In this document: positions 9,615-18,728 of the stretch, piece by piece
Layout of the letters: the number at the start of each line of letters is the position of its first letter
Numbering within the stretch: position 1 is the first letter of the stretch
The notes under the pieces: generated by a model
The model's database searches: none
What the model was told of the DNA's origin: nothing
What the model saw: only the letters and a program-made list of their open reading frames with translations
Assembly: GCA_963708075.1 (NCBI GenBank)
Contig: OY970194.1
Location: 896,001-960,000 of the forward strand
Source: Sedimentisphaerales bacterium
GTDB taxonomy: Bacteria; Planctomycetota; Phycisphaerae; Sedimentisphaerales; Anaerobacaceae
Reading direction: 5' to 3'
Length of the DNA stretch: 64,000 bases
Translations under genes and position numbers: made by a program

Positions 9615-10961
9615 ATGGAGAAGACTGCAGGACGAGTCACATCGCGTCGCGAATTTCTGAAGCGCTCCGGCCGGATGACTGTGGCTTCGGCCGTGCTGGC
9701 CGCTCTCGGACCGCGTATCTATGCCGCTCCAAACGACGTCATCAGACTCGCTCTCGTCGGCTGTGGAGGGCGGGGCACAGGTGCTGTGGCTGACGCATTC
9801 TCGACGACGGGAGGGCCGGTAAAGCTGTACGCCGTGGCCGATCTGTTCGAGGCGCGAGTGCAGGCGAGCCTGAAGAATCTGAAGGGAGGTTTTGCGGATA
9901 AGCTGGACGTCCCGCCGGAGCGGCAATTCGTGGGTCTTGATGCCTACAGGAAAGCCATCGATTGCCTCGGCCCCGGCGATGTCGTGCTCCTGACCACGCA
10001 TGCCGCATTTCGGCCGATGCACTTTGAGTACGCCGTGAGCAAGGGCGTCAATGTGTTCGCGGAGAAGTCGTTCGCGACCGATGGTCCGGCCGTGCGCCGC
10101 TGGCTTAAGGCGGCCGAGATGTCCGAGCGAAAGAACCTGAAGGTCGGCGTCGGCTTCATGTGGCGTCACTCCAAAGCCCGGCAGGAGACCATCCGGCGGA
10201 TTCGCGACGGGGCCATCGGCGACGTCCATACGATGCGGATATATCGCGTCCATGGCCCGGTGCAGTGCCCGCCGTTGCCCAAGGATGCCAATGAGCTGGT
10301 GTTTCAACTTCAGAATCCCAACAGCTTCACGTGGGTTTCCTCGGGATTCTTCATCGACTGGCACTGCCACAACATCGACGTGGCCTGCTGGACGAAGGGG
10401 GCCTGGCCGGTCTCGGCCCAGGGCATGGGCGGCCGATGCTACGAGCAGGCGGGCAGCCAGTTCGACCACTACACAGTCGAATACACCTTCGCGGATGGGA
10501 CTAAGCTGTTCACTTTTTCGCGACACATGCCCAACTGCTGGGAGACCTACGCGGACTATGCGCACGGGTCCAAGGGCTCGGCCGTCCTCATGGCCACCCT
10601 CGGTGAGCCCAAGCCCAGAATCTACAAGGGGCACAACATGGTCCCGGAGAACCTCATCTGGGAGTTCGGCCAATCGGACCCGAACCCGTATCATGTGGAA
10701 TGGCAGGTCCTGCTCGATGCAATCCGTCAGAATAAGCCGCACAATGAAGCCCGCCGCGCGGGCGAGGCCGAGGTCGCCGCGCTGATGGGACGCGCGGCCA
10801 CGCACACCGGACAACTCATCACGTGGGACCAGGTCCTCAGCTCGAACTTCCAGTTCGTGCAGGACATCGACAGCATGACCTTCGAGACGCCCGCCACCGT
10901 TCACGCAGGTCCTGGCGGCATCTACGCCCCTCCACAGCCCGGGCTCACAAAAGAGTGCTGA
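9615..10961 (+). CDS. Tat-exported Gfo/Idh/MocA family oxidoreductase
   Basis: SRREFLK twin-arginine signal; IRLALVGCGGRG Rossmann motif; AEKS and HNID motifs. Confidence 0.85.
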   Translation: MEKTAGRVTSRREFLKRSGRMTVASAVLAALGPRIYAAPNDVIRLALVGCGGRGTGAVADAFSTTGGPVKLYAVADLFEARVQASLKNLKGGFADKLDVPPERQFVGLDAYRKAIDCLGPGDVVLLTTHAAFRPMHFEYAVSKGVNVFAEKSFATDGPAVRRWLKAAEMSERKNLKVGVGFMWRHSKARQETIRRIRDGAIGDVHTMRIYRVHGPVQCPPLPKDANELVFQLQNPNSFTWVSSGFFIDWHCHNIDVACWTKGAWPVSAQGMGGRCYEQAGSQFDHYTVEYTFADGTKLFTFSRHMPNCWETYADYAHGSKGSAVLMATLGEPKPRIYKGHNMVPENLIWEFGQSDPNPYHVEWQVLLDAIRQNKPHNEARRAGEAEVAALMGRAATHTGQLITWDQVLSSNFQFVQDIDSMTFETPATVHAGPGGIYAPPQPGLTKEC

Positions 10962-11003
10962 CGGCGGGGGATGTGTATCCGATCTTGACGAAAGGCAGGG
11001 GAT

Positions 11004-11228
11004 ATGGCGGTGAAGCGGCAAGTGTGTGGTTGGCTGGCGGGGCTGATGGTCCTGTGGGTCTGGAGCCATTGTGCTGGAGCGAGTGAGGGACTGTACTACT
11101 GCGGATCGGCCCTGCGGCTGGCGTCCGCCAAAGAGAACGAAGAGACCCTGCGCCAGGCCAAGGCCCAGGCTCCTCCTGCCACCGACACGGATTCATCGAA
11201 ACCTACAGAGGACGACCACGAAGATTGA
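11004..11228 (+). CDS. Small secreted hypothetical protein
   Basis: Signal-like N-terminus; operonic spacing between neighbours. Confidence 0.45.
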   Translation: MAVKRQVCGWLAGLMVLWVWSHCAGASEGLYYCGSALRLASAKENEETLRQAKAQAPPATDTDSSKPTEDDHED

Positions 11229-11240
11229 CGGAGCAGTAAC

Positions 11241-11603
11241 ATGTTCGCGAAGCATGATCCTGGACAATACAAGACGCCGCTGCCGGGGATTCAGATGAAG
11301 ACCCTGTGCTACGGCGAACGGACACTCATGACTGAGTTCATTCTGGAACGGGGCCGCACGTTGCCCGTGCACAACCATCCCTACGAGCAGACCGGCTATC
11401 TCGTCAAAGGGCGCATCCGCCTGAGGATCGGCGAGGAGAAACACGAGACGATGCCCGGCGACAGTTGGTGCATCCCTGCGGACGTGGAGCACGGGGCGGA
11501 GATTCTGGAGGACTCTGTTGCCGTGGAGGTCTTCTCGCCCGTGCGGCCGGACTATCTGCCGAGACAAGACGAGCCCACCCTCAGCGAAGGTTCATCTTCT
11601 TGA
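11241..11603 (+). CDS. Cupin domain protein
   Basis: HNHPYEQTGY..GDSWCIPADVEH cupin motifs. Confidence 0.85.
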   Translation: MFAKHDPGQYKTPLPGIQMKTLCYGERTLMTEFILERGRTLPVHNHPYEQTGYLVKGRIRLRIGEEKHETMPGDSWCIPADVEHGAEILEDSVAVEVFSPVRPDYLPRQDEPTLSEGSSS

Positions 11604-12447
11604 ATGCTTCCGGCAGGGCGTCGATGATATCGGTTGCCATGACGCTGATTTGGCCGAGCTTGTCTGCGGCGATATCGCCTGCCAGGCCGTGAACGTAGAC
11701 GCCCAGGACCGTGGAATCGAAATTGTCCATGCCCTGGCCCATCAGTGCGGCGGTGATGCCGGTCAGCACATCACCTGAGCCGGCGGTCGCCATGCCCGGA
11801 TTGCCGGTGGTATTGATGTAAACGCGATTCCCGTCGGCAACCACCGTTCCCGCTCCTTTCAGGGCGACGACAGCGCCCGTCGTTGAAGCCAGACGTGCCG
11901 CGGCCTCCTGGCGGTCTTTCGGCATCTCCTCCCGGAACAGCCCGGACCACAATCGCTTCATCTCGCCCGGATGCGGTGTCACAGTCATGTGCGCCTTACG
12001 TTTCTTTGGCCAGCCGGTGAGCATGCTCAAATTATTGAGGCCGTCACCGTCGATGATCAGTCGCAGACCTTCCTGCTGGAGCAGCGCCTCCACAATGGAT
12101 CGTAAGCCGGTCGTTTGGCCCAGGCCCGGACCGATAGCTACAACATCGTTCTCCGCCGCTGCGTTAAGGATAGCGTTGATCGCCTTTGCGGAGACTCGGC
12201 CGGCACTGTCCTCGGGTAGGGGGGCCGTCGTGTACGAAGGCTCGATAGACGCCACGATGGGCAGCGCGCTCTTCGCGGTGGCGACTCGCACGAGGCCCGC
12301 TCCCGCGCGCAGTGCGGCCCGGCCGACCAGGGCCGCCGCGCCGGTCATGCCGATGCTGCCGGCAATAACGTAGACCCGGCCGAACGTACCCTTGTGTCCG
12401 TCCGCAGGCCGCGGCTTGAGCTTCGGCACCTCGCGCACGATTTCCAT
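11581..12447 (-). CDS. nnrD: ADP-dependent NAD(P)H-hydrate dehydratase
   Basis: HKGTFG, AIGPGLG, TPHPGE, LKGAGT and MATAGSGDVL motifs. Confidence 0.9.
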   Translation of the reverse strand: MEIVREVPKLKPRPADGHKGTFGRVYVIAGSIGMTGAAALVGRAALRAGAGLVRVATAKSALPIVASIEPSYTTAPLPEDSAGRVSAKAINAILNAAAENDVVAIGPGLGQTTGLRSIVEALLQQEGLRLIIDGDGLNNLSMLTGWPKKRKAHMTVTPHPGEMKRLWSGLFREEMPKDRQEAAARLASTTGAVVALKGAGTVVADGNRVYINTTGNPGMATAGSGDVLTGITAALMGQGMDNFDSTVLGVYVHGLAGDIAADKLGQISVMATDIIDALPEAFKKMNLR

Positions 12448-12450
12448 GTC

Positions 12451-13218
12451 TCACTCCGCCCCATCGATCTTCCGGTTGATGATCGTCGCGGTCACGGCCG
12501 CCGAAAAGCCGTTGTCGATATTGACCACGGTGATGCCCGAAGCACAGCTATTGAGCATGGTCAGCAGAGCGGACACCCCCTGGAAGCTGCATCCGTACCC
12601 GACGCTGGTCGGCACGGCGATCACCGGGCAGCTCACCAGCCCGCCCAGCACGCTCGCCAACGCGCCCTCCATGCCCGCCACCACGATAATGATGTTCGCC
12701 TTCTGCAGGTCGGGCAGGTGTCCGAACAGGCGGTGCAGGCCGGCCACGCCGACGTCGCAGACCAGCTCGGTTCGCTGGCCCATGATTTCGGCGGTCACCT
12801 TTGCCTCCATCGCCACAGGCAGATCGGCCGTGCCCGCCGTCACGATCGGCAGCACGCTCTTCGACCGGGGCAGTTCCTTCTGCTCCAGCACGATCGCCCG
12901 CGAGAGCTCTTCGTACCGGGCCGCGGGGAACTCGCCGGTCTTCGAAAGGGCCGCGAAGACTTCCGGATTGGCCCTTGTCGCCAACACGTTATTGCCTTTG
13001 GAGGCCAGCGATTCGAAGATACGGATGATCTGCTCGGTGGTTTTGCCTGGACAGAAGATGACCTCAGGAAAGCCCCGACGGAGCTGCCGGTGGTGGTCCA
13101 CGCGGGCAAAGCCGAGATCCTCAAAGGGCAGGAGGCGAAGCCGCTGCATGGCTTCGTCGATCCCGACCTGGCCATCCTTGACTTGTTCCAGCAGTTGTCT
13201 CAAGTGCTCTGGTTGAAT
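12451..13218 (-). CDS. larB: Nickel pincer cofactor biosynthesis protein LarB (AIR carboxylase-like)
   Basis: DHHRQLRRGFPEVIFCPGKT, DVGVAGLHRL, AGMEGAL, PTSVGYG and NIDNGF motifs. Start uncertain (ATT 13218 or TTG 13203). Confidence 0.88.
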   Translation of the reverse strand: MQPEHLRQLLEQVKDGQVGIDEAMQRLRLLPFEDLGFARVDHHRQLRRGFPEVIFCPGKTTEQIIRIFESLASKGNNVLATRANPEVFAALSKTGEFPAARYEELSRAIVLEQKELPRSKSVLPIVTAGTADLPVAMEAKVTAEIMGQRTELVCDVGVAGLHRLFGHLPDLQKANIIIVVAGMEGALASVLGGLVSCPVIAVPTSVGYGCSFQGVSALLTMLNSCASGITVVNIDNGFSAAVTATIINRKIDGAE

Positions 13219-13291
13219 GATCGGGTCCTCGATTTACAATTTGCGATTTATGATTCGCGATTTGGGCTGACGCCCGTCGCCGCAGTCCTAT

Positions 13292-14335
13292 TCAGCCGTT
13301 AGCGCTTGGCTCCAAGGTCAGCGGCGCGAGCAGCCCGGCTTTGTACATGTAGTACGCCAACGAGGCTACCATAACGGCGTTATCGGTGCAATATGCTTTC
13401 GGCGCTACCAGCAGGCGCCGGGGCGGCCGGCTCTTCTCGCACATCTTCTGCATCGCCTCGCGCAGGGCGCTGTTGGCGGCCACACCGCCGCCGAGCAGGA
13501 CCGTCCTCGCGCTGATCTTGTCCGCCGCCCGCCGGGTCTTTTTCACCAGGACGTCGACCACCGCCGCCTGGAACGACGCGGCGATGTCGGCGATCTCCTG
13601 CTCGCTCATGGAATCGGCCCGGTTCTCGCCCTTCATGTCCTGGCCCCGGCAGTAGTAAAGGACCGCGGTCTTGATCCCGCTGAAGGAGAAATCCAGCGAA
13701 TCCCGGCCAAGCATCGGATGAGGAAAGCGGACGGCCTTGGGATTGCCGGTTCTCGCGATCCGCTCGATATTGGGCCCGCCGGGGTAGGGCAGCTTGAGGA
13801 TCGTGGCAACCTTGTCGAACGCCTCGCCGGCCGCGTCATCGATCGTCGAGCCGAGCAGCCGCAGATCCAGCGGCGAGTCCGCCTCGTACAGGCTCGTATG
13901 CCCGCCCGACACGATCAACGCCACCGCGGGCAGCTCCAACTTCTCCTCGTTCAGCATTGCTGATTGCAGGTGGGCGTGGAGATGGTTGACCGCGATCAGG
14001 GGCTTGCTCCACATGAAACTGAGCGTCTTGGCTGCCGTAACGCCCACGACCAGGGCGATGGTCAGTCCGGGCTGGCTTGCCACGGCTACCGCGTCAAGAT
14101 CGTCCTTGCCGACACCGGCCTGCGCCATGGCCTCCAAGATGACCGGGTAGATCTTTTCGATGTGCGCCCGCGAGGCGATCTCGGGCACGACGCCGCCGTA
14201 TTTCTCGTGCAGCTTGGTCTGAGAGGCCACGACGGAGGATCGGACCTGCCGGCCGTCGGCGACAACCGCCGCCGCCGTCTCATCACAGCTCGTCTCAATG
14301 CCAAGGATATTGATTTGTTTCTCTTGAGCCGCCAT
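13292..14335 (-). CDS. tsaD: tRNA N6-adenosine threonylcarbamoyltransferase
   Basis: LGIETSCDET, GGVVPEIASRAH, HLHAH, SGGHT, DDAAGEAFDK, FSFSGIKT and CTDNAVM motifs. Confidence 0.95.
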   Translation of the reverse strand: MAAQEKQINILGIETSCDETAAAVVADGRQVRSSVVASQTKLHEKYGGVVPEIASRAHIEKIYPVILEAMAQAGVGKDDLDAVAVASQPGLTIALVVGVTAAKTLSFMWSKPLIAVNHLHAHLQSAMLNEEKLELPAVALIVSGGHTSLYEADSPLDLRLLGSTIDDAAGEAFDKVATILKLPYPGGPNIERIARTGNPKAVRFPHPMLGRDSLDFSFSGIKTAVLYYCRGQDMKGENRADSMSEQEIADIAASFQAAVVDVLVKKTRRAADKISARTVLLGGGVAANSALREAMQKMCEKSRPPRRLLVAPKAYCTDNAVMVASLAYYMYKAGLLAPLTLEPSANG

Positions 14336-14342
14336 TGCCCCG

Positions 14343-14371
14343 ATGATAGCCGCAGCGGGCATTCCTGTCAA
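14343..14371 (-). promoter_or_regulatory. Sigma70 promoter of tsaD (probably leaderless mRNA)
   Basis: TTGACA-17 bp-TATCAT, 7 nt before the ATG; no Shine-Dalgarno sequence. Confidence 0.6.
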
Positions 14372-14534
14372 CGCGGCTGCAACAAGGCGTTGGCGGTGGA
14401 GTACGTGCTGCTGGTGGCTGCACAAAAGAAGTGGGCGCCTCACTCATGCGTCCACGAGCAAGGCACCCTATAGATTAAACATATCCACGCTGTGTGGATA
14501 TGAACGCGATCCTTCCACGCGTCGCGTACAGCGG

Positions 14535-17500
14535 CTATCTCACCGCTTGCGCGATCCTCAGATACTCATCCACCGTGCGGCAGTTCGTCTCGACGACCGG
14601 ACAAGCCGAGCCCAACAGCAGGCTATCGCCTGTCGAGCCCAAAGCCTGTCCAGGTATCTGGCAGCCACCACACTGCGTTTTTATGACCGGGCAAATCGTG
14701 ATGCCCTGAGCACACACGGTCGGCGTCAGGGGGCACTCCGTGTATGTCGGCGGACACTCCGTCTCCACAGCGGGACACTCGGTCTGCACCTGCTGGCACC
14801 GGGTGGCTGTCGGGGGACATTTCGTCTGCACGATCGGACATTCCGTCTCCGTCGGCGGGCAAGCGGTTTTCACTGCGGGGCACTGCGTCTGCACCTGCTG
14901 GCATTCCGTTACCGTCGCCGGGCACTTGGTCGTCGCCGGCGGGCATTTCGTCGTAGAGGGCGGACACTTCGTCACCTCGGCAGGACACTGAGTTGCAACG
15001 ACCTGGCACTCCGTTGTTGTCGCCGGACACTTCGTCAGCTCCGTCGGACATCTCGTCGGATAGACCGGGCACTTCGTCTGCTCGACCCAGCATTCCGTCT
15101 CGGTGGGCGGGCACTGTGTCTGCACGACGGGACATTGCGTCTGGACTACCTGGCATTCCGTGGCTGTGGGCGGGCACCTGGTCGGTGCCGGCGGGCACTG
15201 GGTCAGCACCGCCGGACACTTTGTATCCGTGGTCGGACAGGACGTTTCCACGACGGGACAAGTCGTCTTCACGGTCTGGCACTGCGTCACCGTCGCCGGG
15301 CAGGTCGTCTGCGTGGCCGGGCATTGTGTCAGTGCCACCGGCTGGGACGTGGGCTGGACAGTATCCACGGTGAACTGCAGGCAGAACGACATGTCGATGG
15401 AATTGCGCTCCACGGAGAAGTACTTGTGGCCGAGCGGATAATGCAGCTCATGCCAGCCCACCGCGCCTGTACTGAGCGCGGAGAAGACGGCGTCATCCAT
15501 GAAGTGCTCCGGCCACCGCCGCGTCTTCCAGCCGAATTGGCCATCGACGGTTTCCGCCGCGACTTCCAGCCAGTAAATCCGCGGCTCCTCGGACGAGCCC
15601 TCCTGTACGAAGGCCTTGTCGGGGTCGATCTCGAACGCGAGCTTCCAGACCTGCTTGTCGCCGCCCGGAATGGCGTCGCTCAGGGCCGGGTCCCACCACC
15701 ACTCGCCTGCGATGTCGGCGGTGTGGTAGAGTTCCTCGGTGAACTGGCCGGCGAGGAATTCCCCTTGCCACAGGGTTTCCGGAGCAGGCATGGAGTACTT
15801 GTTCTTCGAGTCGGGCCCTTCAGGTCCGATGGGGTCATCCGGATGGATGCGCAGGCGAATCTTCTTGATCTCGCCTTTGACATCGCCCTTCCACGAGCCC
15901 CACAAAGTGATGGAGGTGAGCCGGCCGCGCTGCCTGCATTCGAAATCGTCCGCGATCGTTCGCGGGAGGTTCTCGCCGTTGTCGACGCGGATGTCGATGC
16001 CTTCCGGCGTCAGGTCGGGCAACTGGCACCACTGCTTCGCCGCAGCGGGCTGTGACACAATCCAGACCTCGTGATCTTCGACCTCGCCGTCCCTGGCCTC
16101 GCCCTCCGGGCTGAGTCCGCCTTCCCTGCTGATTCGGAATCGAGCGAAGGTTTGGCCGATCAAGGCGCTGCCCGGGGTCGTGAAGTTGATCGTGTGGAAT
16201 CCGTCGGGCAGGAAGCCGTCGAAGACCTTCTCGGTGGCTTGCCATGCGAAATCACGATTGAAGTCGATCCACGCCTGGACTACGCCGCCGCCTCCACCGA
16301 CCATGACGCCGGCCGCGGCCGGTAAGCCGGGGAACAGGGGCAGCAGCGAGGCGCCGTTCTCATCGTCGTTTCCTGCATTATCATCACCATGAGCGGTGGT
16401 ATCAGGCTGGCCGTCGGACTCTGAGTCGGGCATATCTTTCTCGTTGCCCAGCCACGGACCTGTGGCCAAGTGCCGAGCGCCATTGTTGAAGTTTATCGTC
16501 GGATAACCGGGGGCGATGGTTCCGGTGGGAGCATCACCCCAGTCGTACCTCAGGACGCCGACGGGTATCGTTGTCGGTTGAATGTAGTAGTCCTCGGTTT
16601 CGCCGTACTTGTAGCCGGTTGCGGGGCCGCATCCGGCCGTCGAGGGGATGCCGCTGGTCGGTCCCCATGGCCGGTCAGCAATGGAAATCCGCAGCCACAT
16701 CGGATCGATCCTATCCTTGACAGGATGCCAGGAGCGGAATGCCGGCGTAGTGAACGGGTACACACCGGGAGCGGCCAAGCTGATCACCTGATTCTGCACG
16801 GCCCACTCCGGGACGTCCGTGCCATCGGGGCACTTGAGTATGTCGTCCCAGTCGCCATCGCGATTCCAGTCGCACCAGACGTTCACGTAAGGTCGCTGCG
16901 CGGATGTGGCGGTCATTGTGACGAAATAATCGAGAGTCGTCGTATCGCAGAACGGCATGCTGACGGGAAGCTTCAGGCCGTCATCGGCCCCGTCGCGGTT
17001 GGCGATGTCATTCAGCGGGTCAATGTTGGTAATTCCGTCGTCGTCGATCCCGATGTCAGCCTCCGTCTCCAGGCTGACCCACTTGCCCAGGTAGTACATG
17101 TCGCGCGGGAGCTGGTGCATGGGCCCGTACGGAGGCGAGCCCGCCTGGTACACGGTCGGGTAACTGGCGATGACGCCGCTGGGATAGGCCAGCATTTTCG
17201 CGCCGGGGATGCTGTTGGAACTGTCGGGAGCGTCGCCAAGGTCACGGCTGGCCAGAAGGTCCGTGCCGTCGGTAATCACAAAGGCCAGGTCCAGGGATGC
17301 ACCCGTGTACTTGTGCCCTTTAGGATACGCCATCTCCACCCAGCCGGTCGCATTCGACTGAAAATACACCGCGTCATCATTCCATCGCAATTCCCGGGTC
17401 GTTGTCTTCCATCCAAAACTGTAGTTGCCCGTCGCAGACAATTCTCTCACCGCAAGCCAGTAAATCTTCCCTTCCTCCTGCGTGAAAGGCTCCCGGTCGA

Positions 17501-18470
17501 TACAGAAGTTGTATTGGAAAGCATAGCGATGGTTGGCGGCCACGTACTCGCCCTTCACGGGGTTGTACCAGTCCTCGGGGCCGTCATGGACTCGGCGCAC
17601 TGTGTATTCGCCGGGTTTGAAGGTCCGCGTCCATTTTCGATCGCCGGGGTGGCTCCACATCTTGTCGGTGGCCGGGACATCGGTGTAAATGCTCACCTCG
17701 AAGGTGAGACCACCCGGTCCTTGTTTCGGCAATTCATCCTTGTAGAAAGAGCCCCAGATGTGAATATCGCGGATCGGGCCCGTGGCGGTGCATTTGAAGT
17801 CATCCGCTAACGCCTCCTGCGACGCGCTGATGTCGATGCCCGTGAAACCGAGATCGGGCAGTTGCGGCCAGTGCATCTTGTGCGGGCTGCCCGGCTTCCA
17901 GTCACAGGGGCCTCCCTCTCCGGCCGCGATCTCTACACCCGGCTGGTCCTCGTAAGCCCAGCCATCGAACGTCACCCTGTGCGTATCCGTCCCGATGTTC
18001 GATTGGCTCAGCATATGGAGCCATCCGAAGTTGCCCATGGCTGTACGAAGACCGATATACCCGCCGTCTTCACTGAATGATGATAAGCTGATTTCTGTGA
18101 ATACGTCAAAGAATGAGTCCCGGCCGATAGAGCCACCCATCGGCAGGTTCATGGCCATCCCTCCCATGCCGAGGACGCCTCCCATGCCCATGTTCGTCCC
18201 CATGCCGCGCGGCGCATAAAGCGCCAGCTTGGTCCCCATGCCCATCATCATCGCGCCGGGCATGCCCATGTCCAGCCACAACTCGACCCGGAAGTCGTCC
18301 CAGTCCGCAGCCATGCCGCCCAACTGGATCGTTCTCGAGTCCATCGGAGACATGGGATTCAGGGCAAGCGTCACGTCCTGGGAGCCTGAGTAGACGATGG
18401 CCCCGAACGCCGGCGCCGAAATCGCCGCAGCTACAGCGACAGCACAGAATGCAATTGCGAGCCCTTTCAT
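14535..18470 (-). CDS. Large secreted multidomain protein: Met-rich N-domain, two W.QLPDL/ADDF modules, two GEVED domains, C-terminal Cys/Thr heptad repeat
   Basis: Signal peptide MKGLAIAFCAVAVAAAISAPAFG; YGETEDY and DGEVEDH motifs; duplicated QLPDL..ADDF.C..WGS..IYWL..FGWKT..DDAV module; 32 TxC heptads. Confidence 0.8.
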   Translation of the reverse strand: MKGLAIAFCAVAVAAAISAPAFGAIVYSGSQDVTLALNPMSPMDSRTIQLGGMAADWDDFRVELWLDMGMPGAMMMGMGTKLALYAPRGMGTNMGMGGVLGMGGMAMNLPMGGSIGRDSFFDVFTEISLSSFSEDGGYIGLRTAMGNFGWLHMLSQSNIGTDTHRVTFDGWAYEDQPGVEIAAGEGGPCDWKPGSPHKMHWPQLPDLGFTGIDISASQEALADDFKCTATGPIRDIHIWGSFYKDELPKQGPGGLTFEVSIYTDVPATDKMWSHPGDRKWTRTFKPGEYTVRRVHDGPEDWYNPVKGEYVAANHRYAFQYNFCIDREPFTQEEGKIYWLAVRELSATGNYSFGWKTTTRELRWNDDAVYFQSNATGWVEMAYPKGHKYTGASLDLAFVITDGTDLLASRDLGDAPDSSNSIPGAKMLAYPSGVIASYPTVYQAGSPPYGPMHQLPRDMYYLGKWVSLETEADIGIDDDGITNIDPLNDIANRDGADDGLKLPVSMPFCDTTTLDYFVTMTATSAQRPYVNVWCDWNRDGDWDDILKCPDGTDVPEWAVQNQVISLAAPGVYPFTTPAFRSWHPVKDRIDPMWLRISIADRPWGPTSGIPSTAGCGPATGYKYGETEDYYIQPTTIPVGVLRYDWGDAPTGTIAPGYPTINFNNGARHLATGPWLGNEKDMPDSESDGQPDTTAHGDDNAGNDDENGASLLPLFPGLPAAAGVMVGGGGGVVQAWIDFNRDFAWQATEKVFDGFLPDGFHTINFTTPGSALIGQTFARFRISREGGLSPEGEARDGEVEDHEVWIVSQPAAAKQWCQLPDLTPEGIDIRVDNGENLPRTIADDFECRQRGRLTSITLWGSWKGDVKGEIKKIRLRIHPDDPIGPEGPDSKNKYSMPAPETLWQGEFLAGQFTEELYHTADIAGEWWWDPALSDAIPGGDKQVWKLAFEIDPDKAFVQEGSSEEPRIYWLEVAAETVDGQFGWKTRRWPEHFMDDAVFSALSTGAVGWHELHYPLGHKYFSVERNSIDMSFCLQFTVDTVQPTSQPVALTQCPATQTTCPATVTQCQTVKTTCPVVETSCPTTDTKCPAVLTQCPPAPTRCPPTATECQVVQTQCPVVQTQCPPTETECWVEQTKCPVYPTRCPTELTKCPATTTECQVVATQCPAEVTKCPPSTTKCPPATTKCPATVTECQQVQTQCPAVKTACPPTETECPIVQTKCPPTATRCQQVQTECPAVETECPPTYTECPLTPTVCAQGITICPVIKTQCGGCQIPGQALGSTGDSLLLGSACPVVETNCRTVDEYLRIAQAVR
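14658..15329 (-). repeat. 32 x 21-bp coding tandem repeat (T-x-C-[P/Q]-x-x-x)
   Basis: Counted from TQCPATQ to TQCGGCQ with no register break. Confidence 0.95.
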
Positions 18471-18619
18471 GGCGTGATCCTCCATTTGCGACAACCAGTG
18501 CCCACTTTCGCGTCCAACGTCGAATCAGACGTACCCGATGCTGATAGAGAGAAGTGCCTTTTTGTCCGACCCGACTTGTGTGTATTGCCTACGTACACCC
18601 ACACGAACTATTGCGTTAC

Positions 18620-18648
18620 AGTGTAGCAGGGGGACATCGCTGCGTCAA
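18620..18648 (-). promoter_or_regulatory. Sigma70 promoter of the large secreted protein
   Basis: TTGACG-17 bp-TACACT with a TG extension. Confidence 0.55.
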
Positions 18649-18728
18649 GTCCGAAAAAAATAATTCCCAGAATACCCCTCGGCTCGCAGGGTTTTATGGG
18701 AACATGGGACGCACGGCAAGGGACGTGA

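Noticed and set aside
14343..16055. 570-aa plus-strand ORF and other long antisense ORFs (e.g. 9414-11069, 16470-17810, 54547-55962, 59327-61021)
   Set aside because: These are shadow frames of well-supported genes on the opposite strand in GC-rich DNA, with no recognisable motifs.
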